Part shown: positions 29,862-38,541 of the stretch, piece by piece
Position numbering within the stretch: the first letter of the stretch is position 1
Layout of the letters: every line of letters starts with the position of its first letter
Source of the DNA: a virus
Lineage: Duplodnaviria; Caudoviricetes
IMG/VR virus record: IMGVR_UViG_3300032216_000356
Span: 1-53,071 of that record
Length of the DNA stretch: 53,071 nucleotides
Strand: one strand, 5' to 3'
Notes under the pieces: generated by a model
Seen by the model: the letters and a program-made list of their open reading frames with translations, nothing else
Database searches by the model: none
Told to the model about the DNA's origin: nothing
Position numbers and translations under genes: made by a program

Positions 29862-30159
29862 CTATTCCTCCTGCTTGTTGAATTACATACTCTAATCTCA
29901 TGTCAGCTAATAATTTCTCTAACTGTTCTATTGTTTTCTTAAATCGTCTAGCATAGTGCCAATTGATACGATGCGATTCTTTACTTCTAACTTTCATTTT
30001 CCATGCTATGTTGTTTATCTGTTGCATGATTGCATTTCTTTCTTTTGCTACTTCTAATGTTTGTGTTGTATGCACTTTAATTTGTTCTCCAATATGAGCA
30101 TTTACTACACCCATGGATTGACCAAAGAATATCCTGTCTTTAGTTCTCATCTTAGTCAT
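29854..30159 (-). CDS. Hypothetical early protein
   Basis: Coupled ORF. Confidence 0.5.
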   Translation of the reverse strand: MTKMRTKDRIFFGQSMGVVNAHIGEQIKVHTTQTLEVAKERNAIMQQINNIAWKMKVRSKESHRINWHYARRFKKTIEQLEKLLADMRLEYVIQQAGGIDE

Positions 30160-31324
30160 TCTTTTTAACTACCTTGCCACTTGGTGCTATGAAGTTATTG
30201 TTCTGTGTCACAAGCCATAACGTAGGGCATTTAACGTTCCACGTTATTTCTGATTCAAGGTATCCGTCTGTGAATACAATGATTGCTTCGGCTTCCACAC
30301 GTTGTTTATTTAGGTGTTCACTTACGCATGAAACGATAGTCCCACCCCCACCCTGTGGTTTAAGTAATTCTTTGATGTTGTCATAATGTTCAGGCATAAA
30401 GACTTGTTCACCATGCACCTCGGTGTCCCACCACAACACACGCACTTTACTTGGCGTTGATACAGAACAAATAGAAGCCAGTTCCGATGCAAACTCTGTG
30501 AGTTCCTGACCACCAATCGAGCCTGATGTATCTATCGCCACAATAAGTTCACCAATACTTTCGTTCTCCATGCTTGGTAAATAAATATCATTAGCCATCT
30601 GACGCTTGTTAAACTTACGCCACGTGTATTCGTCTGAACCTTTGGTTGCACTCGATACAAACTCGCGTAGCACCTCTCGCCAATCCACCTTGGGTTCTAG
30701 CATATCGCCAATCACACGAGGAATCTTAGCACCCATACGACCTGCAAGTATGCCACCCTCACGTAAGGCTTTGTCAATCTTGCTTGACATCTCTTTAGCT
30801 TCTTCATCAGTCATGCTCTGAGCATTTTCAAAGTCATGTTCATCTAGTGTCTTACCTAGTGATTCACCTTTGCCTGAATCCTTGTTTTGTTTCTGTTGTT
30901 TCTTCAAGTCTTCGTATATCTCACGCACCGACCAATTGTGATACTTGGCATCATAGAGACCACCCTCAGGTAACTTACATAAGTCATGGTCTTTAAGATT
31001 CATAATCACATCATTGACTGCATAGTCTGTCGCCACGTTGATAGCTTGTGCATTATCCTTAAACTCTTTCTTGAACCTAGGTATATGCTTTAGTGCAACG
31101 TGTAAGTTCTCATGTAATATCAATGCACGTAACTCTGCATCTGTCAGTTTAGATATAAATTCACGACCATACTTTTTATTAACGCCGTCAGTATATGCCG
31201 TAACATTATCCTCAATAACTGAGTTCTTACCCATGAGCATGACACCTGAATACAATGCCGTCTCACGATGCTTCATCAATGCAATATGAGCTTTCTTTAG
31301 TCTTGTTTCTTGTGAGATACTCAT
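30152..31324 (-). CDS. VWA-domain metallopeptidase (DUF2201-like)
   Basis: TAYTDG, HENLH zinc motif, MIDAS DTSGS, GGGGT and FTDG. Confidence 0.85.
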   Translation of the reverse strand: MSISQETRLKKAHIALMKHRETALYSGVMLMGKNSVIEDNVTAYTDGVNKKYGREFISKLTDAELRALILHENLHVALKHIPRFKKEFKDNAQAINVATDYAVNDVIMNLKDHDLCKLPEGGLYDAKYHNWSVREIYEDLKKQQKQNKDSGKGESLGKTLDEHDFENAQSMTDEEAKEMSSKIDKALREGGILAGRMGAKIPRVIGDMLEPKVDWREVLREFVSSATKGSDEYTWRKFNKRQMANDIYLPSMENESIGELIVAIDTSGSIGGQELTEFASELASICSVSTPSKVRVLWWDTEVHGEQVFMPEHYDNIKELLKPQGGGGTIVSCVSEHLNKQRVEAEAIIVFTDGYLESEITWNVKCPTLWLVTQNNNFIAPSGKVVKKND

Positions 31325-31512
31325 AGCCTTGCCCTCAACATGGTTAATCTTCGTAGTCTTTGGTCACTCTCTTGTATTGGTATTGTTGTTTCAATCCATT
31401 CACCATTTTTATTTTCCCTTAACTCTTGGTTAAACTTTTTCTCAATACCAATATGGTCACCGATGATGTCATACAATAACTTATTCTCATAATCATCTAT
31501 CTCTAATTGCAT
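31321..31512 (-). CDS. Hypothetical protein
   Basis: Small ORF between the AAA and VWA genes. Confidence 0.5.
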   Translation of the reverse strand: MQLEIDDYENKLLYDIIGDHIGIEKKFNQELRENKNGEWIETTIPIQESDQRLRRLTMLRARL

Positions 31513-31524
31513 ATCTATCCCCTA

Positions 31525-32598
31525 TTAAAATAATTCGTGATTCTCAGTAGCCCACTTAGCTATCTCTGCATTGTTACGAGCTAATTTCACACCATTCTTA
31601 CTACGCACCATCATGGTAAAGAATACTGCTTGAATCTCGCTACTCTCAATGCGATTCACAAACTTCATGAATGATGATAAGTCCTCTTGGGTTGCTAGGT
31701 TATCTGTCGCTTGGAACATCAACATGAGAAGTGCTGATGTCTCTGTTGGCATAGCCACGTCACTTGGTTTTTCAATGATGTCTTTGAAACGTGGTAATGA
31801 TTTCTCTACCGATAGGAACGCACTCATATCTGCTGACGCACTCGCACCGATAGTCCCTGCCAACGCACACATGACTGCATTGTCGCCTAGTACCTCTTTG
31901 TTATCCACGATGACTGATGCCTTAGCCAATGAACGTGGTGAACAGAATGATAAGTTCGGCTTACTTGGTTGAAAGATATATGGGTTGTCAGCTTGGTCAC
32001 CCTCTGTATAACTTGCCAATGACCTAGGAAACATATACACCCATGCTCTGATTAACGGATTGATTGCATTGTCCGTTGCCCATTTCAACCACGTATCAAC
32101 ATCAGGCTTCTGCATCTTTAATATACATACACGATTACCTGCATGAGCTAACATACTGTCACCCACTCCGTCTGACGCATTGTTACTTGTCGCGAAAACT
32201 ATCGATTCACGTGGTAGTGAAACGTCACCCACAGTTCTCTCTAACATAAGACGTGTGAATATAACTTGCAATAGCTTTGGTGATTTCATAAACTCATCGA
32301 GTAAGATAACCTTAGGTTTCGGTGAATCTAGTTTAAACAATTTACCCACATAACTATCCAACGTTTTTGTATCATGGTTAGGAATAGTCATAGCTATGTC
32401 TGACATATCTTTTACAGGGCAATCTACATAGATATACTCATACTTGTCCCCTAAGTCTTCCTCCAACATCTTGAGTATTGATGTCTTACCACAACCAGGC
32501 TCAGATTGGATTACAGGCGTAAGTTCCTTACCTATCGTGGGTATGAGTTTTCTTAGTTCATCAATCGTTACATTGTTTACTGTATTTATTGTAGCCAT
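31525..32598 (-). CDS. MoxR-like AAA+ ATPase
   Basis: SEPGCGKT Walker A, ILLDE Walker B, ATSN sensor and SPRS. Confidence 0.85.
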   Translation of the reverse strand: MATINTVNNVTIDELRKLIPTIGKELTPVIQSEPGCGKTSILKMLEEDLGDKYEYIYVDCPVKDMSDIAMTIPNHDTKTLDSYVGKLFKLDSPKPKVILLDEFMKSPKLLQVIFTRLMLERTVGDVSLPRESIVFATSNNASDGVGDSMLAHAGNRVCILKMQKPDVDTWLKWATDNAINPLIRAWVYMFPRSLASYTEGDQADNPYIFQPSKPNLSFCSPRSLAKASVIVDNKEVLGDNAVMCALAGTIGASASADMSAFLSVEKSLPRFKDIIEKPSDVAMPTETSALLMLMFQATDNLATQEDLSSFMKFVNRIESSEIQAVFFTMMVRSKNGVKLARNNAEIAKWATENHELF

Positions 32599-32606
32599 AC
32601 TTCCTC

Positions 32607-33536
32607 CTATAATTTAAATTTAGATAAGATGTCATCAACGTCATTCTTTACTCTGTCACGCACCATATCATTCTCTCTGATTAAATCACTATCTACTCCG
32701 TTAAGTGTTTGTTCTAGTCCTGATACTGCAACACTTAGTTTGCTACTTACTTCATTATCCACAGGCTTGAATTGCTTGAACGTATTGCATAAGTCCTTAG
32801 CCTTTTCCAACGTGGATTCATAAATCTTACGTCGTTTAGTTTTCGTTTCACCTGACTGTGAATTCTTAATTTCATCGACACCACAACAATGCGAAATACT
32901 TTCCATCACTTCCGTTAAGCGTTCTACTTGCTCATTTAAGATACCAGTTATAATGCCCTCGGCTTGTCTTTCATACTGACCTTTCAAGTCCTCTGCTATG
33001 TCATTACTAATCTGACAACGCCAATCATGCGCAGGCACTTCGGCTACGTATAACCTTATCCCAAATTTATTTCTTACCTCTTGCGCACTTGGGTAGTCTG
33101 TCGCATTAAACATATCGCCTGCTTTGAAAGCCATGTTCGATACAATCGCTTGGTAGTTATTTATAAAACTGTCTAGTAACCGATTGAATTCCATCTCGTG
33201 TTCACTAAACTCTTGTTTAAACTTTTCTAGGTTGATGACAGGCAATATGTCTTGCGCATTATTCCACCTAAACGTGCTACGCTTGAGCCAGTTGTATATT
33301 GTCTGTCTGTAATTGCTAACTCGTTTATGGAATTGGTCATCAGCTAATAAGTTCTTTACAAACCTCCCTGCACTACTGTCTGCTTTCTTAGCATGAGTAA
33401 CCTCATCACTTATCCCTCTGTCTTGCTTTGTTGCTGACCATACATTGACATCGACTGATACTAATACTGCCGACGTTGCCAACGATATGATATGGTTCGG
33501 TTGTTGCATCTCAAACTTCAAGATGTTTGCTTCCAT
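32607..33536 (-). CDS. Conserved phage early protein (DUF3150-like, tentative)
   Basis: Helical 309-aa protein with WSATKQD and F..DYP motifs, directly upstream of the AAA/VWA pair. Confidence 0.5.
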   Translation of the reverse strand: MEANILKFEMQQPNHIISLATSAVLVSVDVNVWSATKQDRGISDEVTHAKKADSSAGRFVKNLLADDQFHKRVSNYRQTIYNWLKRSTFRWNNAQDILPVINLEKFKQEFSEHEMEFNRLLDSFINNYQAIVSNMAFKAGDMFNATDYPSAQEVRNKFGIRLYVAEVPAHDWRCQISNDIAEDLKGQYERQAEGIITGILNEQVERLTEVMESISHCCGVDEIKNSQSGETKTKRRKIYESTLEKAKDLCNTFKQFKPVDNEVSSKLSVAVSGLEQTLNGVDSDLIRENDMVRDRVKNDVDDILSKFKL

Positions 33537-33557
33537 GTCTATCTCCTTATGTTGTTG

Positions 33558-33645
33558 TTCACGTTGCCGTGAATTGTTTAATTAACATCATCTATAAGTT
33601 TCTCTCACCACGTTCTAATATTATCGCATAACTTGACATATAAAC
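33558..33645 (-). promoter_or_regulatory. Early promoter cassette copy 1 (extended -10 plus palindrome)
   Basis: Minus strand GTTTATATGTCAAGTTATGCGATAAT, then palindrome TTCACG-N4-CGTGAA. A near-identical copy lies at 36361-36466. Confidence 0.65.
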
Positions 33646-33662
33646 ATAGCACTTGGGATAAA

Positions 33663-34118
33663 CTATATATTTATTTCTATACCTCTATATACATTCATTA
33701 CACTCCATTGGTCATACCCTGCACCTCGTTCTTCAACGTCGTCTGATTCTTCACCGATTCTAATGAACGCACATGACACAGGATTATTTGCATATTCGCT
33801 ACCATCATATTCCTCAGCATATTCCTCAGCTATTTGATATACCCTTTCATGCGATTGCACATCAATAAAAGATTCATACCACTTCAAATCATGCTCATGA
33901 AATACTATAGTTCTATTTAGTTTGTCTATGGTTAGATGTTTATTTATCTCATGGGTCTTATCAAAACATCTCCCTGCTATTGGGTCTTGTTGCATCTCCG
34001 TTAGCATGAGTAAGAATAGTCCATCAGCACTCATAGTTCTCTCTGTCTCAGGTGTGTCATCGCTATACACAATGTCATCGACCTTGACACCATACGCTAC
34101 TTCACTCCGATAGCCCAT
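33663..34118 (-). CDS. Hypothetical early protein
   Basis: Likely start MGYRSEVAY (GGAGG RBS). Contains LKWY and FIRIGEE..D motifs. Confidence 0.6.
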   Translation of the reverse strand: MGYRSEVAYGVKVDDIVYSDDTPETERTMSADGLFLLMLTEMQQDPIAGRCFDKTHEINKHLTIDKLNRTIVFHEHDLKWYESFIDVQSHERVYQIAEEYAEEYDGSEYANNPVSCAFIRIGEESDDVEERGAGYDQWSVMNVYRGIEINI

Positions 34119-34119
34119 G

Positions 34120-34335
34120 TCATTTGTCCTCCACACTTCGTAAGCGTTTAGAATAATAGATAGCATCTTGTATCGCTTGCCACTCAAACATATTCTTTTG
34201 CTTAGCTATCTCAAGTAACTCCTCATCTTGTAATTGTTTCTGATGCCACATCGCGTCTATCTCATCTTGTTCCATGCCTTGTTCCTCCTGTTTAATTAAC
34301 CATTCTTTAACCTTGCCCATGTAATTCTCCCTCAT
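34120..34335 (-). CDS. Hypothetical early protein
   Basis: Likely start MGKVKEW at 34320. Confidence 0.5.
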   Translation of the reverse strand: MRENYMGKVKEWLIKQEEQGMEQDEIDAMWHQKQLQDEELLEIAKQKNMFEWQAIQDAIYYSKRLRSVEDK

Positions 34336-34543
34336 CTAAGTTATCATGCGATTCACCATTGAGTGAACGGATATAATGCAAGAGTTCCCTACATACCTCG
34401 TACCTACCTTGAATAATATCTTCCGTTCCATCGGTCATCATATGGTCTATCCCATTGACCACTTCGGCGTCATGTTTGAGTTCATCTTTTAACCACTCTG
34501 TGATATTAAATACTATTTGCTGATACTTCGGTCTTCTAGCCAT
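34307..34543 (-). CDS. Hypothetical early protein
   Basis: RBS GAGGA. Confidence 0.5.
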   Translation of the reverse strand: MARRPKYQQIVFNITEWLKDELKHDAEVVNGIDHMMTDGTEDIIQGRYEVCRELLHYIRSLNGESHDNLDEGELHGQG

Positions 34544-34545
34544 GA

Positions 34546-34836
34546 TTAGTCCTCACATATGCCATTGGCACAATTCTTAGCTTCAAGGATTTCACGTTCA
34601 AGTTCCTCTACTGCTTTGTTATTTAATACTTCATACGCATATTCTTTAACCTCTGAATACACATCACCCTCGATGACATCTAACTTGCATAGCAACCCTT
34701 TATCTAACACGTGGTCTTTAATGATTGACTGAATGTAAGTCTCGCCTGTTATATCCTCACCCCATGATTCAATCTCGGTGAGCTTTTCTTTAGGCATAGT
34801 TACTTCTACGACTGCTAAAAACTTTATTGTCTCCAT
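34546..34836 (-). CDS. Hypothetical acidic early protein
   Basis: RBS AAGGAG. Very Glu/Asp-rich. Confidence 0.55.
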   Translation of the reverse strand: METIKFLAVVEVTMPKEKLTEIESWGEDITGETYIQSIIKDHVLDKGLLCKLDVIEGDVYSEVKEYAYEVLNNKAVEELEREILEAKNCANGICED

Positions 34837-34837
34837 G

Positions 34838-34999
34838 TTATTCTCCTTGTTTAATATCTACTGTATGAATCTGCCCTGCCTGTTCTTGCCATAACTCAGG
34901 GTGACGCATCGCTTCTAACTCTGCTTCCTTGCTACTGTGTGCTGAGACGTGAACCTCATACACGATACTTTCCTCTAGCTTTACTATATAGTTCTTCAT
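34838..34999 (-). CDS. Hypothetical early protein (53 aa; not in ORF track)
   Basis: MKNYIVKLEESIVYEVHVSA..., with AGGAGG RBS. Confidence 0.5.
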   Translation of the reverse strand: MKNYIVKLEESIVYEVHVSAHSSKEAELEAMRHPELWQEQAGQIHTVDIKQGE

Positions 35000-35013
35000 G
35001 CTAACGTGACCTC

Positions 35014-35352
35014 CTATTGTTGTGCCTTGTTAATTGTTAATCCTACTATCCCTTTGTTACTAACTAAACTCTTTAGTTCGTCTGTGTCTAGCCATATATC
35101 TACGCCACCACTTGGTTTAAGTAATGATTGATGACGTGATGTTGATTGTGAGTATCTATCCTTGTTGCCTACCCACGTGTCCTCATTGTCATCATAAACA
35201 TACATAGGAAAATGGTGTCCATAACTATACACTATATATAACTTTGTCATACCCTCATCATAACTAACCCACTTACCCATAGTATTACTACCTTGAAACT
35301 CCTCTAACCTATTTACATAATCTCTTGCCTTGTTATTTGATACTCGCATCAC
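35014..35352 (-). CDS. Conserved phage early protein
   Basis: YIVYSYGHHFPMY...YSQSTSRHQ pattern. Confidence 0.6.
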   Translation of the reverse strand: MMRVSNNKARDYVNRLEEFQGSNTMGKWVSYDEGMTKLYIVYSYGHHFPMYVYDDNEDTWVGNKDRYSQSTSRHQSLLKPSGGVDIWLDTDELKSLVSNKGIVGLTINKAQQ

Positions 35353-35500
35353 TACCCTCCTTATATTTTCCTGTTAATAAATCTTCATACGTTAAACCCT
35401 GTTCATAAAAGTTTAAACACGCACCACATAACTTACCCTCTAACTTGCCATGTTCTTTTATGTATTCCTCGTTTTCACCACACCATTCACACCCACTCAT
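35333..35500 (-). CDS. Small zinc-finger protein (55 aa; not in ORF track)
   Basis: MSGCEWC...LCGAC, with AAGGAG RBS. Confidence 0.5.
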   Translation of the reverse strand: MSGCEWCGENEEYIKEHGKLEGKLCGACLNFYEQGLTYEDLLTGKYKEGSDASIK

Positions 35501-35511
35501 ATCTATCTCCT

Positions 35512-35709
35512 TTAATTATCTTTGTCGATGACTTCTATCTCAACTCTGAACCCTGCATCTTCTAACCAAGTAATCAACTCACTCTGCACTAGCTTGGCGT
35601 CAATGTAATTCAACTCCTCATCTCCGTTATCTTGCCATTCATCAACGTGTGAAGTGTTAAAGTCATACTCCAAGTTCATCGTTACCTTATACTTCTTTGT
35701 CGCTATCAT
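35512..35709 (-). CDS. Hypothetical acidic early protein
   Basis: RBS AAGGAGG. Confidence 0.5.
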   Translation of the reverse strand: MIATKKYKVTMNLEYDFNTSHVDEWQDNGDEELNYIDAKLVQSELITWLEDAGFRVEIEVIDKDN

Positions 35710-35915
35710 TTTACTATCCCTCCTTTGTTGTTAAGACCTTGTAAGTCTAGTTTGTTTGTGATGACCATGTAATTGCTCTTGTGCATAGGTGCGATAGTAT
35801 GCTTTCGTTGTTTGGCTTCAACCTCGCCACACTTTAAACACGTTGAATAACCTAACGCCCATCTTTGGTGCAACACATGGTCACCACACTTTACACATAG
35901 ATTTTTATACTCCAT
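35706..35915 (-). CDS. C4 zinc-finger protein
   Basis: CVKC...R..LGY.TCLKC. Confidence 0.55.
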   Translation of the reverse strand: MEYKNLCVKCGDHVLHQRWALGYSTCLKCGEVEAKQRKHTIAPMHKSNYMVITNKLDLQGLNNKGGIVK

Positions 35916-35959
35916 AAACCCTCCCTAAATTGCCTAGTATGCCAATGCCTGACACTTCG

Positions 35960-36142
35960 TTAATGAAACAAACTAACCAACAAAATGAACGCTGATATAC
36001 CCCATGCTAAAACCTCTGTAATAATTAGTCTGCGAAGTCTGCTTTTTGGTATGGTTACGTATTCACTCATCTCTACTTCTCGGTTGTATCTTGACATATA
36101 ATCTTGTAGCTTTTTGTTATTGCGATGGTCTGTAAAGTTCAT
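35960..36142 (-). CDS. Small protein with C-terminal TM helix
   Basis: Ends in VLAWGISAFILLVSLFH. Confidence 0.45.
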   Translation of the reverse strand: MNFTDHRNNKKLQDYMSRYNREVEMSEYVTIPKSRLRRLIITEVLAWGISAFILLVSLFH

Positions 36143-36152
36143 GTTATTCCCC

Positions 36153-36335
36153 TTATATTGATGATGCGTTATTGATATATTCTTTTCCGTCTACTTCTGC
36201 CAATACTATACTTAATAAACCTTGTTTGCTTTTTGGCACTCTTAGTTCTGCTATTGCTTTTTGTTTAGCTTGCCATAAGTCGTTTGCCATAACCTCTACA
36301 CTCTTACCTAAAAACTTACAAATATATCCGTTCAT
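36153..36335 (-). CDS. Hypothetical early protein
   Basis: Likely start MNGYICK with AAGGAG RBS. Confidence 0.55.
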   Translation of the reverse strand: MNGYICKFLGKSVEVMANDLWQAKQKAIAELRVPKSKQGLLSIVLAEVDGKEYINNASSI

Positions 36336-36360
36336 GCTTATCTCCTTTGTTATATTGTCG

Positions 36361-36466
36361 TTCACGTTGCCGTGAATTCGGTTAAAGTTTGATGCCTATT
36401 TACTATGTGAGCTGTTACATTCTCTCCCCACATAATACACATTATCTCACAACTTGACATATAAAC
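36361..36466 (-). promoter_or_regulatory. Early promoter cassette copy 2
   Basis: GTTTATATGTCAAGTTGTGAGATAAT...GTGGGGAGAGAA...TTCACGGCAACGTGAA, matching 33558-33645. Confidence 0.65.
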
Positions 36467-36498
36467 CTATAACTTTACATATCTTTTTTATATTTATT

Positions 36499-36863
36499 TG
36501 TTCCACCATGTTCCAAGAATGTTCCATTTTAAACTTGACTTATAGGAACAAAGTTGAGCTAAATTTTTTAGATTTTAATGCTTTGTAAGTCTTTATTTTA
36601 TATAGTTATATTTATATATTATTTATTATTTTTTATTAGTGTTTTTGCAAAATGTTCCAAATGTTCCACGTAAATTTAAGGGGGGTTTCCTTTTCTGAAT
36701 TTTGTTTGCACTGCGAAAAACGACCTCTTGATTCTGTAAACTTTGAAAACTTCACCCCCTACCTAAAAAAGCATGGAACAAATGGAACAAATGGAACAAA
36801 TCAATATAATCAATCACTTATAAACTGCATAGTTTGGAACAAAATGGAACATAGCATGGAACA
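36499..36863. repeat. Iteron-like TGGAACA/TGTTCCA repeat array around an AT-rich tract (candidate replication origin)
   Basis: TGTTCCA at 36499, 36509, 36520, 36653 and 36662. TGGAACA at 36774, 36783, 36792, 36835, 36845 and 36857. Almost pure A/T run at about 36592-36638. Confidence 0.7.
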
Positions 36864-36994
36864 AATCTAATCACGTAAGAATATAACTAACCATACATCA
36901 ACTAAGATACTAATTGTTCACGTCAACGTGAATGGCTAAATAAACTTCTTGGTCATAGTCCAATCTCCCAAACGCAAAACGACCTCGACGACAC

Positions 36995-37090
36995 ATAACT
37001 GGTTTCAAACAAGATGGCAAGCAAAGGGTAGCTACGCATGGTATGTTATATGTAACACCAATACGCTCGCGAGTAATAACTGGTTTCAAA
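36995..37090. repeat. 15-bp direct repeat ATAACTGGTTTCAAA (2 copies)
   Basis: Copies at 36995-37009 and 37076-37090. Confidence 0.7.
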
Positions 37091-37101
37091 AAACTAGGCC
37101 C

Positions 37102-37127
37102 AAAAAAAGGGAGGCCGAAGCCTCCCT
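37102..37127 (-). terminator. Rho-independent terminator with UUCG tetraloop
   Basis: Minus strand AGGGAGGC-TTCG-GCCTCCCT followed by a T run, just after the 37137 stop. Confidence 0.9.
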
Positions 37128-37136
37128 AGTCATTAC

Positions 37137-37742
37137 TTAGCTAACCCATTTACGATTGAATTCACTAATCGCGGTTATTAGCTTTTTGTCATTGGCGGTA
37201 TCATCACCACGCGCTTTAGCATTGGCGCATTTCTTTTTAAGACCGTCTAAAGTATCCTTAACGGTTTCAGCAAACGTCTTAGTTGCACCGCGAACCCTAG
37301 CCACGCCCTCATTCTTAATAGCATGGATAGCTTTCTTAAGATCAGCTAGGCGGTTACTGCAATACTTACTAACTGAATCACGCTCTGCCTTGATCAAAGA
37401 ATGTAATTGCGGATTGCTTTGACGTAATGCACCAAAGGCCTGCGGTGTATATGCCATGATGTTGGCAACGGTGCGGTGATACTTTTCGCCCTTATGGTTA
37501 TCGAAAGCTAACTTATCAACAGGAAGATAATTACCTGATTCAACAATGAAACGCTGATCTATCTTAGGTTGATTCTCTGCAACCCTTAACTGATAACCCG
37601 CAAACAGTTCAGCCTTAACTTCGTCTTGAACCTCATCATCAAAGCTTGGATAAGCCTCATAGACAGTTCGAGCTAGAACCCTTTCGTTGTCTTTGTTAGT
37701 AGCTTGTTGATAACCTATTTGTTTTAAGTTTAATGTAGTCAT
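37137..37742 (-). CDS. Monocistronic first early gene, hypothetical
   Basis: 201 aa, helical, with AGGAG RBS and its own promoter and terminator. Confidence 0.7.
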   Translation of the reverse strand: MTTLNLKQIGYQQATNKDNERVLARTVYEAYPSFDDEVQDEVKAELFAGYQLRVAENQPKIDQRFIVESGNYLPVDKLAFDNHKGEKYHRTVANIMAYTPQAFGALRQSNPQLHSLIKAERDSVSKYCSNRLADLKKAIHAIKNEGVARVRGATKTFAETVKDTLDGLKKKCANAKARGDDTANDKKLITAISEFNRKWVS

Positions 37743-37783
37743 TTGTAATACTCCTAGTTATACAGCAACATTGCTGTGATTGT

Positions 37784-37812
37784 TTTATCTCATAACTGAT
37801 AAGATATGTAAA
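37784..37812 (-). promoter_or_regulatory. Sigma70-like promoter for the 37742 gene
   Basis: Minus strand TTTACA-17 nt-GATAAA with extended TG. Confidence 0.55.
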
Positions 37813-37986
37813 GTTTCAGCACCGCGTGAATGGCTAAATACCCACCCAGCCCCACCCCCCCAAAACGTCAGTTTGGTTCCATGGCGTTCTTCTCCTCTTT
37901 AATCTACACAAACTACTACATCAATTTCCAAACTACCCCCCGTCAACTTGACAAATGGTTAAGAAAAAAATATTTCGCAAAAAATT

Positions 37987-38541
37987 ATGAAAAGTGCTAA
38001 CATGACAAATATGCAAATCATAGATAACTTCCTACCTAGACATCAATGGCTAAGTATATATTCATCGTTAGATAGTGATGATTTTCCTTGGTACCTAAAT
38101 AAAGATACTTCGTATGACGGCGGAGATAATTACAGACAGACTATACATACGTTTTATAAAAACTACCAAGTGAATTCAAGTTGGTTTAATTTAATCGAAC
38201 CACTCATAGTGCAATTTGAAAATAAGACATCCCACAGCATACAAAACCTTATTAGGATAAAATCAAACTTATTATTTAATAGATTAATAGATGAAGAGAC
38301 TAAACAAAAAGTAATTCATCAAGACATGGTAAGCCCAAAACATATTAGCCTATTATATTATCTGCATGATTCTGATGGTGATACGATATTGTATCAAGAT
38401 GACAAAGAAACGGAGGCTAGGAGAGTTATACCTAAGGCTAACCGAGCAGTTATATTTGATTCAAGAATTTGGCATACAGCAGAACTACCTATTAAAAACC
38501 AAACAAGGCAAGTGGTTAACTGTATATTTGAGGTTAAATAG
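37987..38541 (+). CDS. 2OG-Fe(II) oxygenase
   Basis: IIDNFL, FPW, HQD, DGDT, PKANRAVIFD..WH and R.VVN motifs. Confidence 0.8.
   Translation: MKSANMTNMQIIDNFLPRHQWLSIYSSLDSDDFPWYLNKDTSYDGGDNYRQTIHTFYKNYQVNSSWFNLIEPLIVQFENKTSHSIQNLIRIKSNLLFNRLIDEETKQKVIHQDMVSPKHISLLYYLHDSDGDTILYQDDKETEARRVIPKANRAVIFDSRIWHTAELPIKNQTRQVVNCIFEVK

Noticed and set aside
36499-37090. Repeats as a CRISPR or mini-array
   Set aside because: Units are 7-15 bp with irregular short spacing and mixed orientation. There is no repeat-spacer periodicity.
36652-37140. Plus-strand ORFs 36652-36870 and 36949-37140
   Set aside because: No RBS. The translation (GTNGTNGTN) merely reflects DNA repeats in the control region.
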